Origin: Hemiscyllium ocellatum | Lineage: Eukaryota | DNA: 64,000 nucleotides | Assembly (NCBI RefSeq): GCF_020745735.1 | Contig: NC_083450.1 | Coordinates: 4,481,479 to 4,545,478 of the forward strand | Reading direction: 5' to 3' | In this document: positions 1-11,560 of the stretch, in pieces | Numbering within the stretch: the first letter of the stretch is position 1 | Layout: every line of letters starts with the position of its first letter | Translations under genes and position numbers: made by a program | Notes under the pieces: model-generated | Told to the model about the DNA's origin: nothing | The model's database searches: none | Seen by the model: the letters and a program-made list of their open reading frames with translations, nothing else

Positions 1-760
1 GCCATTTTTGCTCTACTGTCTTCCCCGCTAGGCTCTGCTTCCAGTCGATTTTCATCAGTTCCTCTCTCATGCCCTCATAATTACCTTTGTTTAACTGTAA
101 CACCATTACATCCAATTTTGCCTTCTCTCTTTCAAACTGCAGATTGAACTCTACCATATTATGATCGCTGCTTCCTAAGTGTTCCCTTACTTTAAGATCT
201 TTTATAAAATCTGGTTCATTACATAACACTAGGTCCAAAATAGCCTGCTCCATGACAAGCTGTTCCAAAAAGCCACCCTGTAAGCATTCCAAGAATTCCA
301 TTTCTTTGGATCCACTGGCAACATTATTTACCCAGTCCACCTGCATATTGAAGTCTCCCATGATCACCATGACCTTGCCTCTCTGACATGCCTTCTCTAT
401 TTCCCGGTACATGTTGAGCCCCTGGTCCTGACCACTGTTAGGAGGTCTGTACATAGCTCCCATTATGGTTTTTTTGCCTTTGAGGTTCCTCAATTCCACC
501 CACACAGACTCCACACCATCTGACGCTATGTCATTCAGTGCCATAAATGTAACTATTTTCTTAACTAACAAGGCCACCCCACGCCCTCTGCCTATCTCCC
601 TGTCTTTTCGATAAGTTGTAAATCCTTGGATGTTTAACTGCCAGTCCTGAACCCCCTGCAACCATGTGTCTGTGATGCCTACCACATCAGAAGCATTCAT
701 GATGATCTGTGCCGTTAGTTCATCTACTTTGTTACGAATGCTACGAGCATTCAGGTAAAC
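1..760 (-). mobile_element. CR1-clade LINE ORF2 5' part (APE endonuclease), degenerate, runs off window start
   Basis: Minus-strand translation near 560-740 gives NKVDELTAQII..DVVGITDTWLQ..WQLNIQGFTTYRKDR..GRGRGVALLV, typical of the CR1 endonuclease. It lies directly downstream of the CR1 ORF1. Confidence 0.85.
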
Positions 761-945
761 CTTAATGCTAACATTCTTATCATTAGAGATATTGGAAGTC
801 ATAAGATGTCCTAAGTTATCCTTCCTTTTTGTTGCATTCCTAATCTGCCTCAAGGTTAAATCCACCTGGACACATGCTATCCTGCTGCTTATCTTTCCAT
901 TGAACTCCGTGCTCCCTGTCACTTTCACTTTCCCTTCCCCCCAAC

Positions 946-1892
946 TCAAAAGTTTAAAGTCCTACTGACCACCCTATTTATCCCCTTCGCTAGAACATTG
1001 GTACCTGATCGGTTCAGGTGGAGACTGTCCCAACGGTGCAGATCCCCCCAGTTCCAAAACTGATGCCGATGCCCCATGAAATGGAATCCCTCTCTCCCAC
1101 ACCAATCCCTTAGCCACGTGTTTACTTCCCTAATTTTCTTATCCCATCCAATTGGCACGTGGCTCAGGCAGTAATCCGGAGATTATGACCCTTGAGGACC
1201 TGTACTTCAATTTCCTTCCTAGTGCTTCATAATCCCCAAACAGGTCCTCCACCCTAGCTTTGCCTATGTTGTTAGTACCAACGTGGACCACAGCAACTGG
1301 ATCCTCCCCCTCCCGCTCCAGTATCCTTTCAAGCCGGTCGGTGATGTCCCGCACCCTGGCACTGGGCAGGCGACACACCATGCGAGACTCCCGATCCGGC
1401 TTGCATAGGATACTATCTGTCCCCCTAATTATAGAATCCCCTATAACAACGACTTGCCTTTTTGCTCCCCCTGCTTGAATGGCCTTCTGCACCATGGTGC
1501 CGTGGTCAGCTGGCTCATCCTGTCCAGAGCCCTTTTCCTCATCCATACAGGGAGCAAGAATCTCATACCTGTTGGACAAGGTCAAGGGCTGAGGCTCCTG
1601 CACTCCTGAACTCAAGGTCCCCCTGCCTGCCTCACTTACAGTCACACTCTGATGTCCCTGATCACTGACTGAATGTGAATTACTTAATCTCCCAGGTGTG
1701 ACTGCCTCCTGAAACAAAGCGTCCAGGTAACTCTCCCCCTCCCGGATGTGTCACAGTTGAAGCTCAGATTCCAGATCATCAACTTTGTTGTTCCAGCAAC
1801 CAACACTTGCTGCAGATGTGGTCACTGCCATTCACAATGGGATCAGCCAGCTCCCACATCATACAGCTACAGCACATCACCTGCCCAGCCAT
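946..1892 (-). mobile_element. CR1-clade LINE ORF1 (Zn-finger plus SGNH esterase), frameshifted
   Basis: ATG at 1892 gives MAGQVMCCSCMMWE..HICSKCW. ORF 1139..1717 has LSNRYEIL, VVVIGDSIIRG and VVHVGTNN. ORF 946..1158 has WCGREGFHF..DSLHLN. Confidence 0.9.
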
Positions 1893-2570
1893 CTCGGCTT
1901 AGTTAATTACTTTATTACTTTGCATATGTTTGAGTTAAAATACTTTCTGATACCTCTCTGCTATAGTCTTTTTCTAAAAACCAATGAATAGATACACCAT
2001 AAAAAATAAAGTTTTAACCATTCACTGATAAAGAAATAGAAAATCCTTACCTTAACAAACCAGAGTCCTATTTTTGGTTAGAGGAGGGGGGTGGAGACAC
2101 GTGTAGTGTCTCGGGTTCAGCCACTGCCCAGATATATTACCGACAGTCCCCTGGTCATCGCTCCTGCTCTTCCTGCTTATTAGCTAGGTTAGAGGAGGAG
2201 GGCGGGTGGGAGACACTACAGTAGTAGAGTCTCGGGTTTAGCTGTCTTGCTGATATATACGGTCACTGCTTTCCTTCCCAGCTGCCCCTCCGGTCCTCGT
2301 CACTTCCTCCGTTGCTCCCGCTGCTTCTCTGCTGCTGCTCGCACTTAAAATGGCCGTTGGCGTCGAAGGGTGAGTACTTATCCTCACTGCTTACCTTCCT
2401 GGCTACACCTCTGGTCCCCGTCACTTCCTCTGCTGCTCCCGCTCCTTCTGTGAAAGAGAAAAACACCGCTGCCCGCTACCAATAAGTAATTTTAATAAAA
2501 ACTGCCTTATCTTATCTGCAGTCTTCCAAGTTCGTCCTACCTCCGCTGCTGCTCGCACTTAAAAACACAT
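1893..2570 (-). mobile_element. Probable 5' UTR of the CR1 element, with internal duplications
   Basis: Upstream of ORF1. Paired near-duplicate blocks at ~2077/2187 (ggttagaggag..gagacac..gtctcgggtt), ~2290/2412 (cgtcacttcctc..gctcccgct) and ~2332/2546 (ctgctgctcgcacttaaaa). Confidence 0.5.
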
Positions 2571-2659
2571 CACTCACATCGATAGCCTTGAATGGCTCTG
2601 TGTAATTTGATTAACACAGATTTCAGGCTGTCAAATGTCTTCTGACAGTCCCCAGTCCA

Positions 2660-3100
2660 CTGAACATAGAACGTGGAACAGCACAGCACAGTACAGGCGC
2701 TTCGGTCCTCAATGTTTAGATTAGATTAGGTTACTTACAGTGTGGAAACAGGCCCTTCGGCCCAACAAGTCCACACCGACCCACCGAAGAGCAATCCACC
2801 CATACCCCTACATTTACCCGTTTACCAAACACTACGAGCATCTTTGGACTGTGGGAGGAAGCCAGAGCACTCGGAGGAAACCCATGTAGGCACAGGGAGA
2901 ATATGCAAACTCCACACAGACAGTTACCCAAGGCTGGAATCGAACCTGGGTCCCTGATGCTGTGAAGCAGCAGTGCTAACCACTGAGCCACTGTGCCACC
3001 TATAATGTTGTGCCAACCTTTTATCCTACTCGAAGATCAAACTAACTTACATACCCTTTATTTCACTATCATCCCTGTGTCTATCCAAGATTTGTTTAAA
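2660..3100 (-). mobile_element. CR1 3' tail fragment interrupted by a SINE
   Basis: gaacatagaac..acagcacagtacagg..ttcgg..aatgttgtgcc resembles the CR1 tail at 8402. AATGTT flanks the SINE on both sides (2711-2716, 3004-3009). Confidence 0.6.
2717..3000 (-). mobile_element. HE1-like tRNA-derived V-SINE
   Basis: Reverse complement of the SINE at 6000: tRNA-like head (ggtggc.cagtggttagcactgctg..gggttcga), V-domain (tgtggagtttgca..ctccc) and (TCTAA)n tail. Confidence 0.9.
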
Positions 3101-4950
3101 TGTCCCTTTCTGAAACTTTCTACACTTTTTCAAAACGTCAGTCAGTGGAGCAACCACACTGCTAAAATTTGGGATGAACTTCTGATGAAAAATCACTCTA
3201 TTCCAGGAATCGTAGTACTGCCTGTTTTTTTTTTGATGGTATGGGAAACTCCCCAGTAATCTGCTAGTGTCAAATGTCATGGTCTAGGAATGTCAATTCA
3301 CTCTTAACCAGGTTTATCACTAAACCTGTCGCCCAAAATCAATCAAACAATTCTGACAGATGCTGCAAATATTCCTTCCATGTCTGACTCAAAATCGCCA
3401 TGTCGTCGATGTACACCACACAATTGGAAAATCCCGAACAGATGTTCTTGGCTTGTCTTTGAAATGTGGCTGGCATAATTTGCATACCAAATGAAGTGCC
3501 TTTAAATTGGCACAGTCACAAAAGCTGAAATTGTCCCCACTCTTTCGAATAAAGGTACTTGTGAGCATCCTATAAGCAAGTCCAACTTTGAAATGAAAGT
3601 TGCTTATCGCACCCTCTCAATATCGTCTTTTGAACCTGGAATAGAATATGAATCAGATTTTGTAATGACACTGACTTTGCAATAGTCCGCACATATTCAT
3701 TGGTACCATCTGGTTTTGGCACTGTGACAAACAAAGCTCACTCACTTCAATAATTTCAGTCTGAGACAAGATCTGAATCAGTAGTGCCCTTTATTCCACA
3801 CTTACAAGTGGTGTGATGTCCACAAGGCAGGGACAAAATACACTGAATTCAACAAATACTCGATATTTACATAATTTGGTTCCTACATTTTTTTTCTTAT
3901 TTCATTGTTTCCCCCCCCATTTTACATCCTCCACTTCCCTAAGACCGGTACCCATTGCTCCTGTTTATCTCTTGTCTTATCCAGCCTTGTCTGTAACAAA
4001 ATGCTTATTCCTGTTCTCACAAGGCCATTTGACCTCATCCTGCTGTGGGCACATTCTTGCCTTACCATTATTTACTCCATCCATCTGTGCTGCCCCTCTC
4101 AGCCTCTTATCATTAAGACCCTTTTAATTGGGGTTTGCTCCTGTGTTTCTGTAAAAGTGGGAAACAGATGTTTATACCTACTGTTTATACAGGCATATTT
4201 AGTTTAACTGCCTCTCCCCACACCATCTTATCTAGTGCCTGTATTTTTTTCCATTGTTTTTCAGTCCCGTTTCTTTCTTGTATGCATTTTTAGCTAATAC
4301 CAAAAAACAATTATGCATTTCCTCCACATCGTTCCCATTCTTGTTGACTCAGCTCCTGGCTGAAACAATTACACACTGATGTGAGTTCATTCATCTTGTA
4401 TCAGAAATTATAATTGCAGAATTGCAGAAGTAACATTAATTTACCTACATCCCACAGCACTATTAATATGGGTGAGCTACGGCCACTGCAACCCACTTTG
4501 ATTATGTTGTCTTTGAGCATGCGTTCAATATCTTTTTGAACCTGTGCCAAATTTAGGTTGCTGTGTCAAAACGGATGTTGCTTAATTGGAACAGGATTTC
4601 CTATACCTATACCATGTGTAATTAGATTAGTAGTTCCCAATTTATTTCCACATACCTCCTCATGTGATGCTAATAACTCTTTCAGGTCTTTTCAATGGAT
4701 GTTAATTCAATAACTTACCCCAATTACGAGAACTGCCTCGTTGTCCAATTTAAATTGAGGAATGTACAATTGAGAATCATTAGAATTTGGTTCTTCACTC
4801 TGTACTGTACCAGTCACACATTCTCCTTTTGCTTTCTTCCCCTCTCTAAATACCTTTCAAGCATATTCACATGACATGCTTTGTGAGATTTCTTTATATC
4901 AAATGTTCTTACCAAATAATTCACCTCACTTAATTTCTTTTTAATTTAAT
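3100..4950 (-). mobile_element. Gypsy LTR-retrotransposon pol remnant, split by an unrelated block at ~3730-4460
   Basis: Minus-strand peptides PVPIKQHP..LAQVQKDIERMLKDNII..SSPI (4470-4620), VPKPDG..DYCKVSVITKSDSYSIP..FISKLDL (3560-3725), VVYIDDM (~3400-3420) and KFIPNFSSVVAPLTDVLKK (3047..3280). Many stops and frameshifts. Confidence 0.85.
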
Positions 4951-5337
4951 AAGCCCCACTAAACCTGACTTTTAAATGTTCATCTACGACTGGAAGTAAC
5001 GCGAACACTTTATCTCAGTTAACAAAATGTACATTTTTGATATTCTTGTCAGTTTCCTGTTTCGTCACATGCTGTGCTATTTTAAATGCTGTCTAGCAAA
5101 CTCACCAACTGTACTTGATCTTTCTCTAAAATTTGATCTATTTTTCACCCCCTTATCCATCTGTCAAAGTTACTTTAAAACTCAAAGTATATTGGGACAG
5201 GTTCCCTCCTTAGATTCCCGAAACATTGTCGATAGACTCTGTTCCTAACTCATATGCACTTAAGATGCCTCAGGGATGTATTATGGGCCTGATAGATGAG
5301 ACTCAATGATGTGCTCTCGGTTTGTGTTCACCTGCAG

Positions 5338-5490
5338 GTGGAAGTTCTACTGCTGCGGCAAGTACACAGTGTGCTATGCCAACTGTGCATGGACTGACTA
5401 TGTGAATGAGTCCAGAGAGTACTTCAGCTGGCTCGTCCCAAAGGGATTTTATCTGGTGGGCGCTGTACGTTACCATGACAGTAATGGCAA
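5338..5490 (+). CDS. Isolated exon of a dermatopontin / hemagglutinin-amebocyte aggregation factor (HAAF)-like gene
   Basis: cctgcAG acceptor, 153-nt open symmetric phase-2 exon, GTATGT donor. Encodes (R)WKFYCCGKYTVCYANCAWTDYVNESREYFSWLVPKGFYLVGAVRYHDSNG, matching the HAAF repeat pattern RWxFYCC..CxWTxYVN..EYFSWxVP..YLVG..YH. No other exons were recognised. Confidence 0.7.
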
Positions 5491-5999
5491 GTATGTAATA
5501 CTCCCTCCCCCTCGTTGCAATTCTTTTGACTCAACTGTACACATTCACCTCCCCTCTATCTGTCCAAATGCACACAATCTTTCTTTTCTTCCCACCCATC
5601 ACTATACAATACTCCCACACTGGACATGGGCAAGCTATTCAGCTGTGGGCTCCATTATGATGTGACCTGAATCTGCTCTCTCTGCTCTTTGAACCTTATT
5701 GTTATGATGTGCTACGTTATGGAGACAGAACCAAATTAGCCTTTGTATCTGCATATTCACAATACAATAAAATTAAAACCTTAAAAGATACTGAAAATTG
5801 ACCCCAATCTGTCCTAATAAGATCTTTTTCGAATACCAACCTCAGACTTGGTGAATAGTCAATTCTTGACACCAGTTTGTACCTTAAATAAAAGAATTAG
5901 GAATTTATTCACAATATGCCAACTATCGTCAAGCAAGATTGAGCATGAAATAATTAATCTATGCTGGAAACCTTGTGTATTCAGTGCCATTCATTAGGT

Positions 6000-6316
6000 G
6001 GGCGGCACGGTGGCACAGTGGTTAGCACTGCTGCCTCACAGTGCCTGAAACCCGGGTTCAATTCCTGACTCAGGCTGTGTTCAATTCCCGCCTGTGTGGA
6101 GTTTGCACGTTCTCCCCGTGTCTGCGTGGGTTTCCTCCGGGTGCTCCGGTTTCCTCCCACAGTCCAAAGATGTGCGGGTCAGGTGAATTGGCCATGCTAA
6201 ATTGCCCGTAGTGTTAGGTACGGGGTAAATGTAGGGGTATGGGTGGGTTGCGCTTCGGCGGGTCGGTGTGAACTTGTTGGGCCAAAGGGCCTGTTTCCAC
6301 ACTGTAAGTAATCTAA
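6000..6316 (+). mobile_element. HE1-like V-SINE, full length
   Basis: gggcggcacggtggcacagtggttagcactgctgcctcacag..cccgggttcaattcc head through ..ggccaaagggcctgtttccacactgtaagtaatcta tail. Confidence 0.92.
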
Positions 6317-7673
6317 AGTAAAGAAGTTACAGGCTAAACAATAATAAAAAAAAAACTGGCCACATTTCTTGAATGGTTCTCATTGTGCATTATTCCACGG
6401 GCAGATGATGGTAGTTTTTTGGTTGACTTTATGAAGGCTTCCATCAGCGTTGCTTTTATAGTTCACTCAGATAAAGGCAGTAATGTCTATAATTTTGTTT
6501 TCTATTCTCTGAACTTCCTAAATCTGATAAAGGAGGTTAAACAGAGATCCTACAAATCATCAATAGCAAAGATTCGTTTTGTTCACAGAAGAGACAGTCT
6601 AAAACCCAATTCAAACTCTGACCACTTCCTGAAAAACTGACCACCTCCTCTACAAGGTCCCTGCTACTATTCAACAACTACTAACTGCTTGAGCAGAATG
6701 TCTTTTCCAGACATGCCGGAATCAACGACCAGGTATTGACCTCATTAATGGTCTTCTTTTTCCCCAGGTATTGAACCCATTAATGGCCAACTCCTGCTCT
6801 CTGTTTAAGCACAATGCTCTTCCCTGGTGACAAAGCAAGTGCAAAACCTAATGACCAGGAACCAAACTGCAATTAGCTTCCAGCCCTGGCCTCACAGATA
6901 AACGAAAGCTTGTTTTTCTTTCAACACAAGTTGTTACCAGCAATCCAAAAGTTATCTTTACTCACAGTTCACTGCTCCAAACCAAAATTGATAAAACACT
7001 TAAAACAAAAATGATGAAATATCAGTGAAGGTTCGAACAGATGGAGGTTTCTTTAATGTTCCTTCAGTGTATGAAATGCCCCCTGACATTTTTGATTTCT
7101 CTTCCAGCAAACGCCGTTGGCAGTACCGATACTGTGCGATGTTCCCCACCGTTCTGCCTACCTTATGATTGCTTCATGTTGCAATAAAGAGATTGATGAG
7201 TCCACTGTAGCTGGCGAGTCCCATCTTGATTCATCCCCATCTCCTCTATCAATGGCACCTAGCAGGGCTTTGCGTGGACCAGGAGAGGTGGTGCTTGACG
7301 GGGTTGGGGGAGGCTTGGCCGAAGACAGGATGAGGATAGGCTGTTTGGGGGGGGGCTGATATTGGTGGGAGATCGGCAGTTCGAGATAGTTGCTGTGGAG
7401 AAGTTCCAAGCATTATCAGGTCTACCTTGGTACCAAAATGCAACAGTCTGCAACTAATGACTGGTGGATTGTATCCAACAGAACATCCCTTTGTCTTTCA
7501 TCAATAGACAGGATACTGACCTAATTCAGTGGATGTGTGCAAAACACAGAACAGAATATCTAACATCAGATGTCATTCCACAGTTGGACAGAACTGGATC
7601 AATAATCCCAAATGAACTACGAGCAGCCAACTTAGGGTTATCAGTTGGACTTACAAAGTGGTTCACTTATGCA

Positions 7674-7809
7674 GAGCTGAAAACCCTTCATATGCCCGAA
7701 ACGTCGAAGTTCCGGGTTCCTTGGATGCTGCCTGACCTGCTGCGCTTTTCCAGCAACACTTTTTCAGCTCTGATACTCCAGCATCTGCAGACCTCACTTT
7801 CTCCTCGAA
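7674..7809 (+). mobile_element. Short Penelope-like insertion with partial hammerhead and 14-bp TSD
   Basis: tatgcccgaaacgtcga..gatgctgcctgacctgctg..ctccagcatctgcag matches the element end at 20150-20230. TSD ggttcacttatgca at 7660-7673 and 7810-7823. Confidence 0.8.
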
Positions 7810-8401
7810 GGTTCACTTATGCATGCTAGCTCCACACTTGGACATAGGAAGCGACCTGTCCTCTGTAGCCAGAAGGAACATCTTTGTCTACTCTTGAACC
7901 AGCATATACTGCCTCTTATTCACTCCCCACAGAAGGGCAGGTGGGGGCGATTGTATTAATGTTCAGGCTTTGGACTTGTTTGGAAATTAAACTTAAGCAC
8001 GGTGTGGGTGTGGGGGCGGGAAATCTTGTGCGGTGGAAGTAAAATCCTAGTGAATTCTCCATAGCAATGTCAGGCAAACAGAGCAAACAGATATCCAAGC
8101 ATCCCCCTTTCTCCTGTGATATAACTTATTGCTCCCTTTGAAATGTGGTATTGTGTTGTGTTCTGGTGAATGCAAGATGAAAGTATTTGATAGCTTCACT
8201 AAGACACTGCATTATATTGGATATAAGGCACAATGAGACCACTCAGCCCATAAGAGGCCACGCCAGTGCTGAGGCTCCGAGCAAGCCTCCTGTCATAGTT
8301 TCTCGTTTTTATATATCATTGTGGCCCTCTATTCCCACACCTATCCCACTTGTCTATATTCCACACAAATACTATTCACTTCATCACCATCCACTCCCTT
8401 T

Positions 8402-9030
8402 GAACATAGAACATAGAACATAGAACAATACAGCACAGAACAGGCCCTTCGGCCCATGATGTTGTGCCGAACATCTATCCTAGGTTAAGCACCCATCCAT
8501 GTACCTATCCAATTGCCGCTTAAAGGTCGTCAATGATTCTGACTCTACCACTGCCACGGGCAGCGCATTCCATGCCCCCACCACTCTCTGGGTAAAGAAC
8601 CCACCCCTGACATCTCCCCTATACCTTCCACTCTTCACCTTAAATTTATGTCCCCTTGTAATACTCTGTTATACCCGGGGAAAAAGTTTCTGACTGTCTA
8701 CTTTATCTATTCCTCTGATCATCTTATAAACCTCTATCAAGTCACCCCTCATCCTTCGCCGTTCCAACGAGAAAAGGCCGAGAACTCTCAACCTGTCCTC
8801 GTACGACCTATTCTCCATTCCAGGCAACATCCTGGTAAATCTTCTCTGCACCCTCTCCAAAGCTTCCACATCTTTCCTAAAGTGAGGCGACCAGAACTGC
8901 ACACAGTACTCCAAATGTGGCCTAACCAAAGTCCTGTACAGCTGCAACATCACTTCACGACTCTTGAATTCAATCCCTCTGCTAATGAACGCTAATACAC
9001 CATAGGCCTTCTTACAAGCTCTATCCATGT
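8402..9030 (-). mobile_element. CR1 (HER1-like) LINE 3' fragment
   Basis: ORF 8669..9058: YRTLVRPHLEYCVQFWSPHFRKDVEALERVQRRFTRMLPG..RRMRGDLIEVYKM. (TTCTATG)n tail. Confidence 0.92.
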
Positions 9031-9329
9031 TTGGGACCATGTTCCACATTCTCACCACTCTTTGAGTAAATTGATTCCAAAGGGATAGGAGGAGATCGTT
9101 CAGCCCCTCAAACCTCTTCCAACCTTCAATACAAGATTGGGTTGGAGTTGTGTTTCAACTCCCTCAAACCCCACATGTATGTTTCCTGAAATGTTTAATC
9201 TCCGTACCCAACACAATCAGTTGAGCTAGGATAATGGCTGGGGAAATAGTGGTGCTTGAACAGATTTATAAATACTATGGCTTCAAGACCAGGACAGAAA
9301 CTGGAAATTCTGTAGCGGGTGACTCAGCT

Positions 9330-9800
9330 CTTAACTCTTCAAAGCCTGCCCACCATCAATAAGGCACAAGTCAGAAGTGTCATGGAATATATCCTAAATT
9401 ACTTGTTGGGTACAGTCCAACAGAACACGACACTATCCAGGATAAAGCAGCCAGCTTTGGTATAGCACTGCAATACCAAATATCCATTCCCTCCACCACC
9501 AACACTCAGTAGCAGCAGTGTGTACCACTGCAGCAACTCAGCAAGGATACTTAAACAGCACCGTCCAAACCTACAACCTCTGAAGGAGACCTAAAAGGAC
9601 AAGGGTAGCAGTAAGTTGAAGCACCACATCTGCAAGTACCCCTCCAAGCTACACACTCTAAACTAGCTGTCAATCCTTCAATGTGACTGTGTCAAAATCC
9701 TGACATTATCTCACTAACTGCACTGTAGATGTCCCTATACGACCCAGGGATTGTGGCAGTTCAGGAAAGTGCCTCACCACAATGGTCTCAAGGGGGAGCT
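9330..9800 (+). mobile_element. Old non-LTR retroelement RT C-terminal remnant shared by units (also ~41930-42420 and ~60650-60900)
   Basis: Paralog ORF 41874..42266 reads IQDKADGLI..SIHSLHHRRTVAAVSTIHK, a LINE RT C-terminal motif. Present before the duplication. Confidence 0.55.
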
Positions 9801-9929
9801 AGCATTAGCTGATAAAAGATGGCCCAGACGCCCCTGACTGCCCAGATCCCCTGCAAGAATAATGCAAAGTAAAAAGTATGGAGTTTGTGGAAGCTTGCTG
9901 TGCAGATAGGCCGCCACGTTAGCATCATC

Positions 9930-10025
9930 ACAAAGCGACCACACTCCTAAAAGCCATTCATTGGCTGTAAAACACGCTGGGACATGCTGAGGTTGTGAGA
10001 GGTGCTATATGAATGCAACTTTCTC
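9930..10025 (+). mobile_element. Old SINE/L2-like 3' tail (also ~42530-42640 and ~61020-61120)
   Basis: ..ctgtaaaacacgctgggacatgctgaggttgtgagaggtgctatatgaatgcaactttct resembles Deu-SINE/L2 tails. Confidence 0.4.
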
Positions 10026-10556
10026 ACTTGTTCTGAGTGAGCAGCCTGCAACTCATCAGGCATGACATCTTGCGAGATGGACTGAAAGTCAGAGGGGGAC
10101 AAAGAAAGTGCAGCTGACAGTTTCTGACCAACACTGATCGAGAGGTTCTTCATTTTTAAGTCACAAAAGAAATTGGGTTCTGATAAATGCAGCCCCTGGC
10201 AAGGGCTCGGAGGGCGCTTTACTAGACCATGGATGAGGGGCTTCGGTTTAAATTTCACCCTCGCTGTCCTCATTCCAGAAACCATTCACAGAGTAATTTC
10301 AATTTCCTTCAATGTACACAGATGGCTTACGTGTCCTTTAGCAAGAAGCCATTAGGTCTCAGAAGAGAAAGCACACACAATTTCTCTGGAGCTTTTCAGT
10401 GCATTAAAAGCACTTTGCATCAATTGAAGACTTCTTGAAGGAAGGTATAGATATAGGGAGGGATGAATGGACTTGGGTAGGTGAAAGAGGTAGTGAGGCA
10501 TGAAGGTGCTAGAGGAGGTAACAGATTGGGAAGGTTGGAGGGGCTGGTAGAGGTCT

Positions 10557-10851
10557 TTAGATTAGATTACTTACAGTGTGGAAACAGGCCCTTCAGCCCA
10601 ACAAGTCTACAGCGACCCGCCAAAGCGCAACCCACCCAGACTCCGACATTTACCCCATTCACCTAACGCTACAGGCAATTTAGCATGGTCAATTCACCTG
10701 ACCTGCCCATCTTTGGACTGTGGGAGGAAACCAACGCAGTTATGGGGAGAATGTGCAAACTCCACACAGACGATCACCTGAGGCGGGAATTGAACCCAGG
10801 TGTCTGGCACTGTGAGGCAGCAGTGCTAACCACTGTGCCACCATGCCACCC
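10557..10851 (-). mobile_element. HE1-like V-SINE
   Basis: Reverse complement of the 6000-6316 element. Confidence 0.9.
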
Positions 10852-10859
10852 ACCAGGTT

Positions 10860-11560
10860 GTAGACAAATGGTGCAGTGTAACCATTTGAATAGGTTACAG
10901 AGCTAGGGAGGGATGTTGGAGCTGGAGAAAGTTTCAGAGATAAGGAGAGACAAAGGGTCTGAAGAGGGTTTCTGAGATATTGAGGCATTTGGGTGTGTAG
11001 GAGGTAATGGAGATAGGGAGTGATGCAGAAATGTGAGGAGGTGATAGTGTTAAGGAAGGTTGTAGAGGCTGGGGCAGGTTATAGAGATAGTGAGGAATGT
11101 AAGGGCTTGAGATGGCTACAGAATGACAAAAGGGGCTAGGGGCTTGTTGAGGTGACAGCAATAAGGGAATGTGCAGAGATATTGAGGCATGTAGGGCCTG
11201 GAGGAGGTAACAGAGGTAGGGAGTGGTATAGGAGCTTGAGGAGGTGATCGCAATAAGGAAGGACTGAGTGGCTGGGGGAGCTTACAGAGAAAGTAAAGCA
11301 TATCAGGGATTGAGGTGGTTACAGAAGGACGAAAAGGTCTAATGGCTGGCTGAGGTGACAGCAACAGGAGACTGATAAGGTTACAGTGATTGAGAGGCGT
11401 GTAGGAGCTGGAGAATGTTACAGAGACAAAGAGACATGCAGGAGATGGAGACTTGTAAAGAGATAGGAAGGGGTACAGGTGCTGGTACAGGTGAAAACTG
11501 TTGCGAGATCTGATGTGGGGCTGGAGTGATGGGGTACAGGACTGAAACAGATAATGAGAA
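10860..11560 (+). repeat. Degenerate ~37-bp purine-rich minisatellite (short copy, unit 1)
   Basis: Consensus about cagagatagggaggggtgtaggggctggaggaggtta. Successive units measured at 37, 37 and 36 bp from 10897. Confidence 0.75.

Noticed and set aside
6000-6075. tRNA-like sequence with A/B boxes
   Set aside because: It is the head of a repeated SINE (8 copies), not a tRNA gene.
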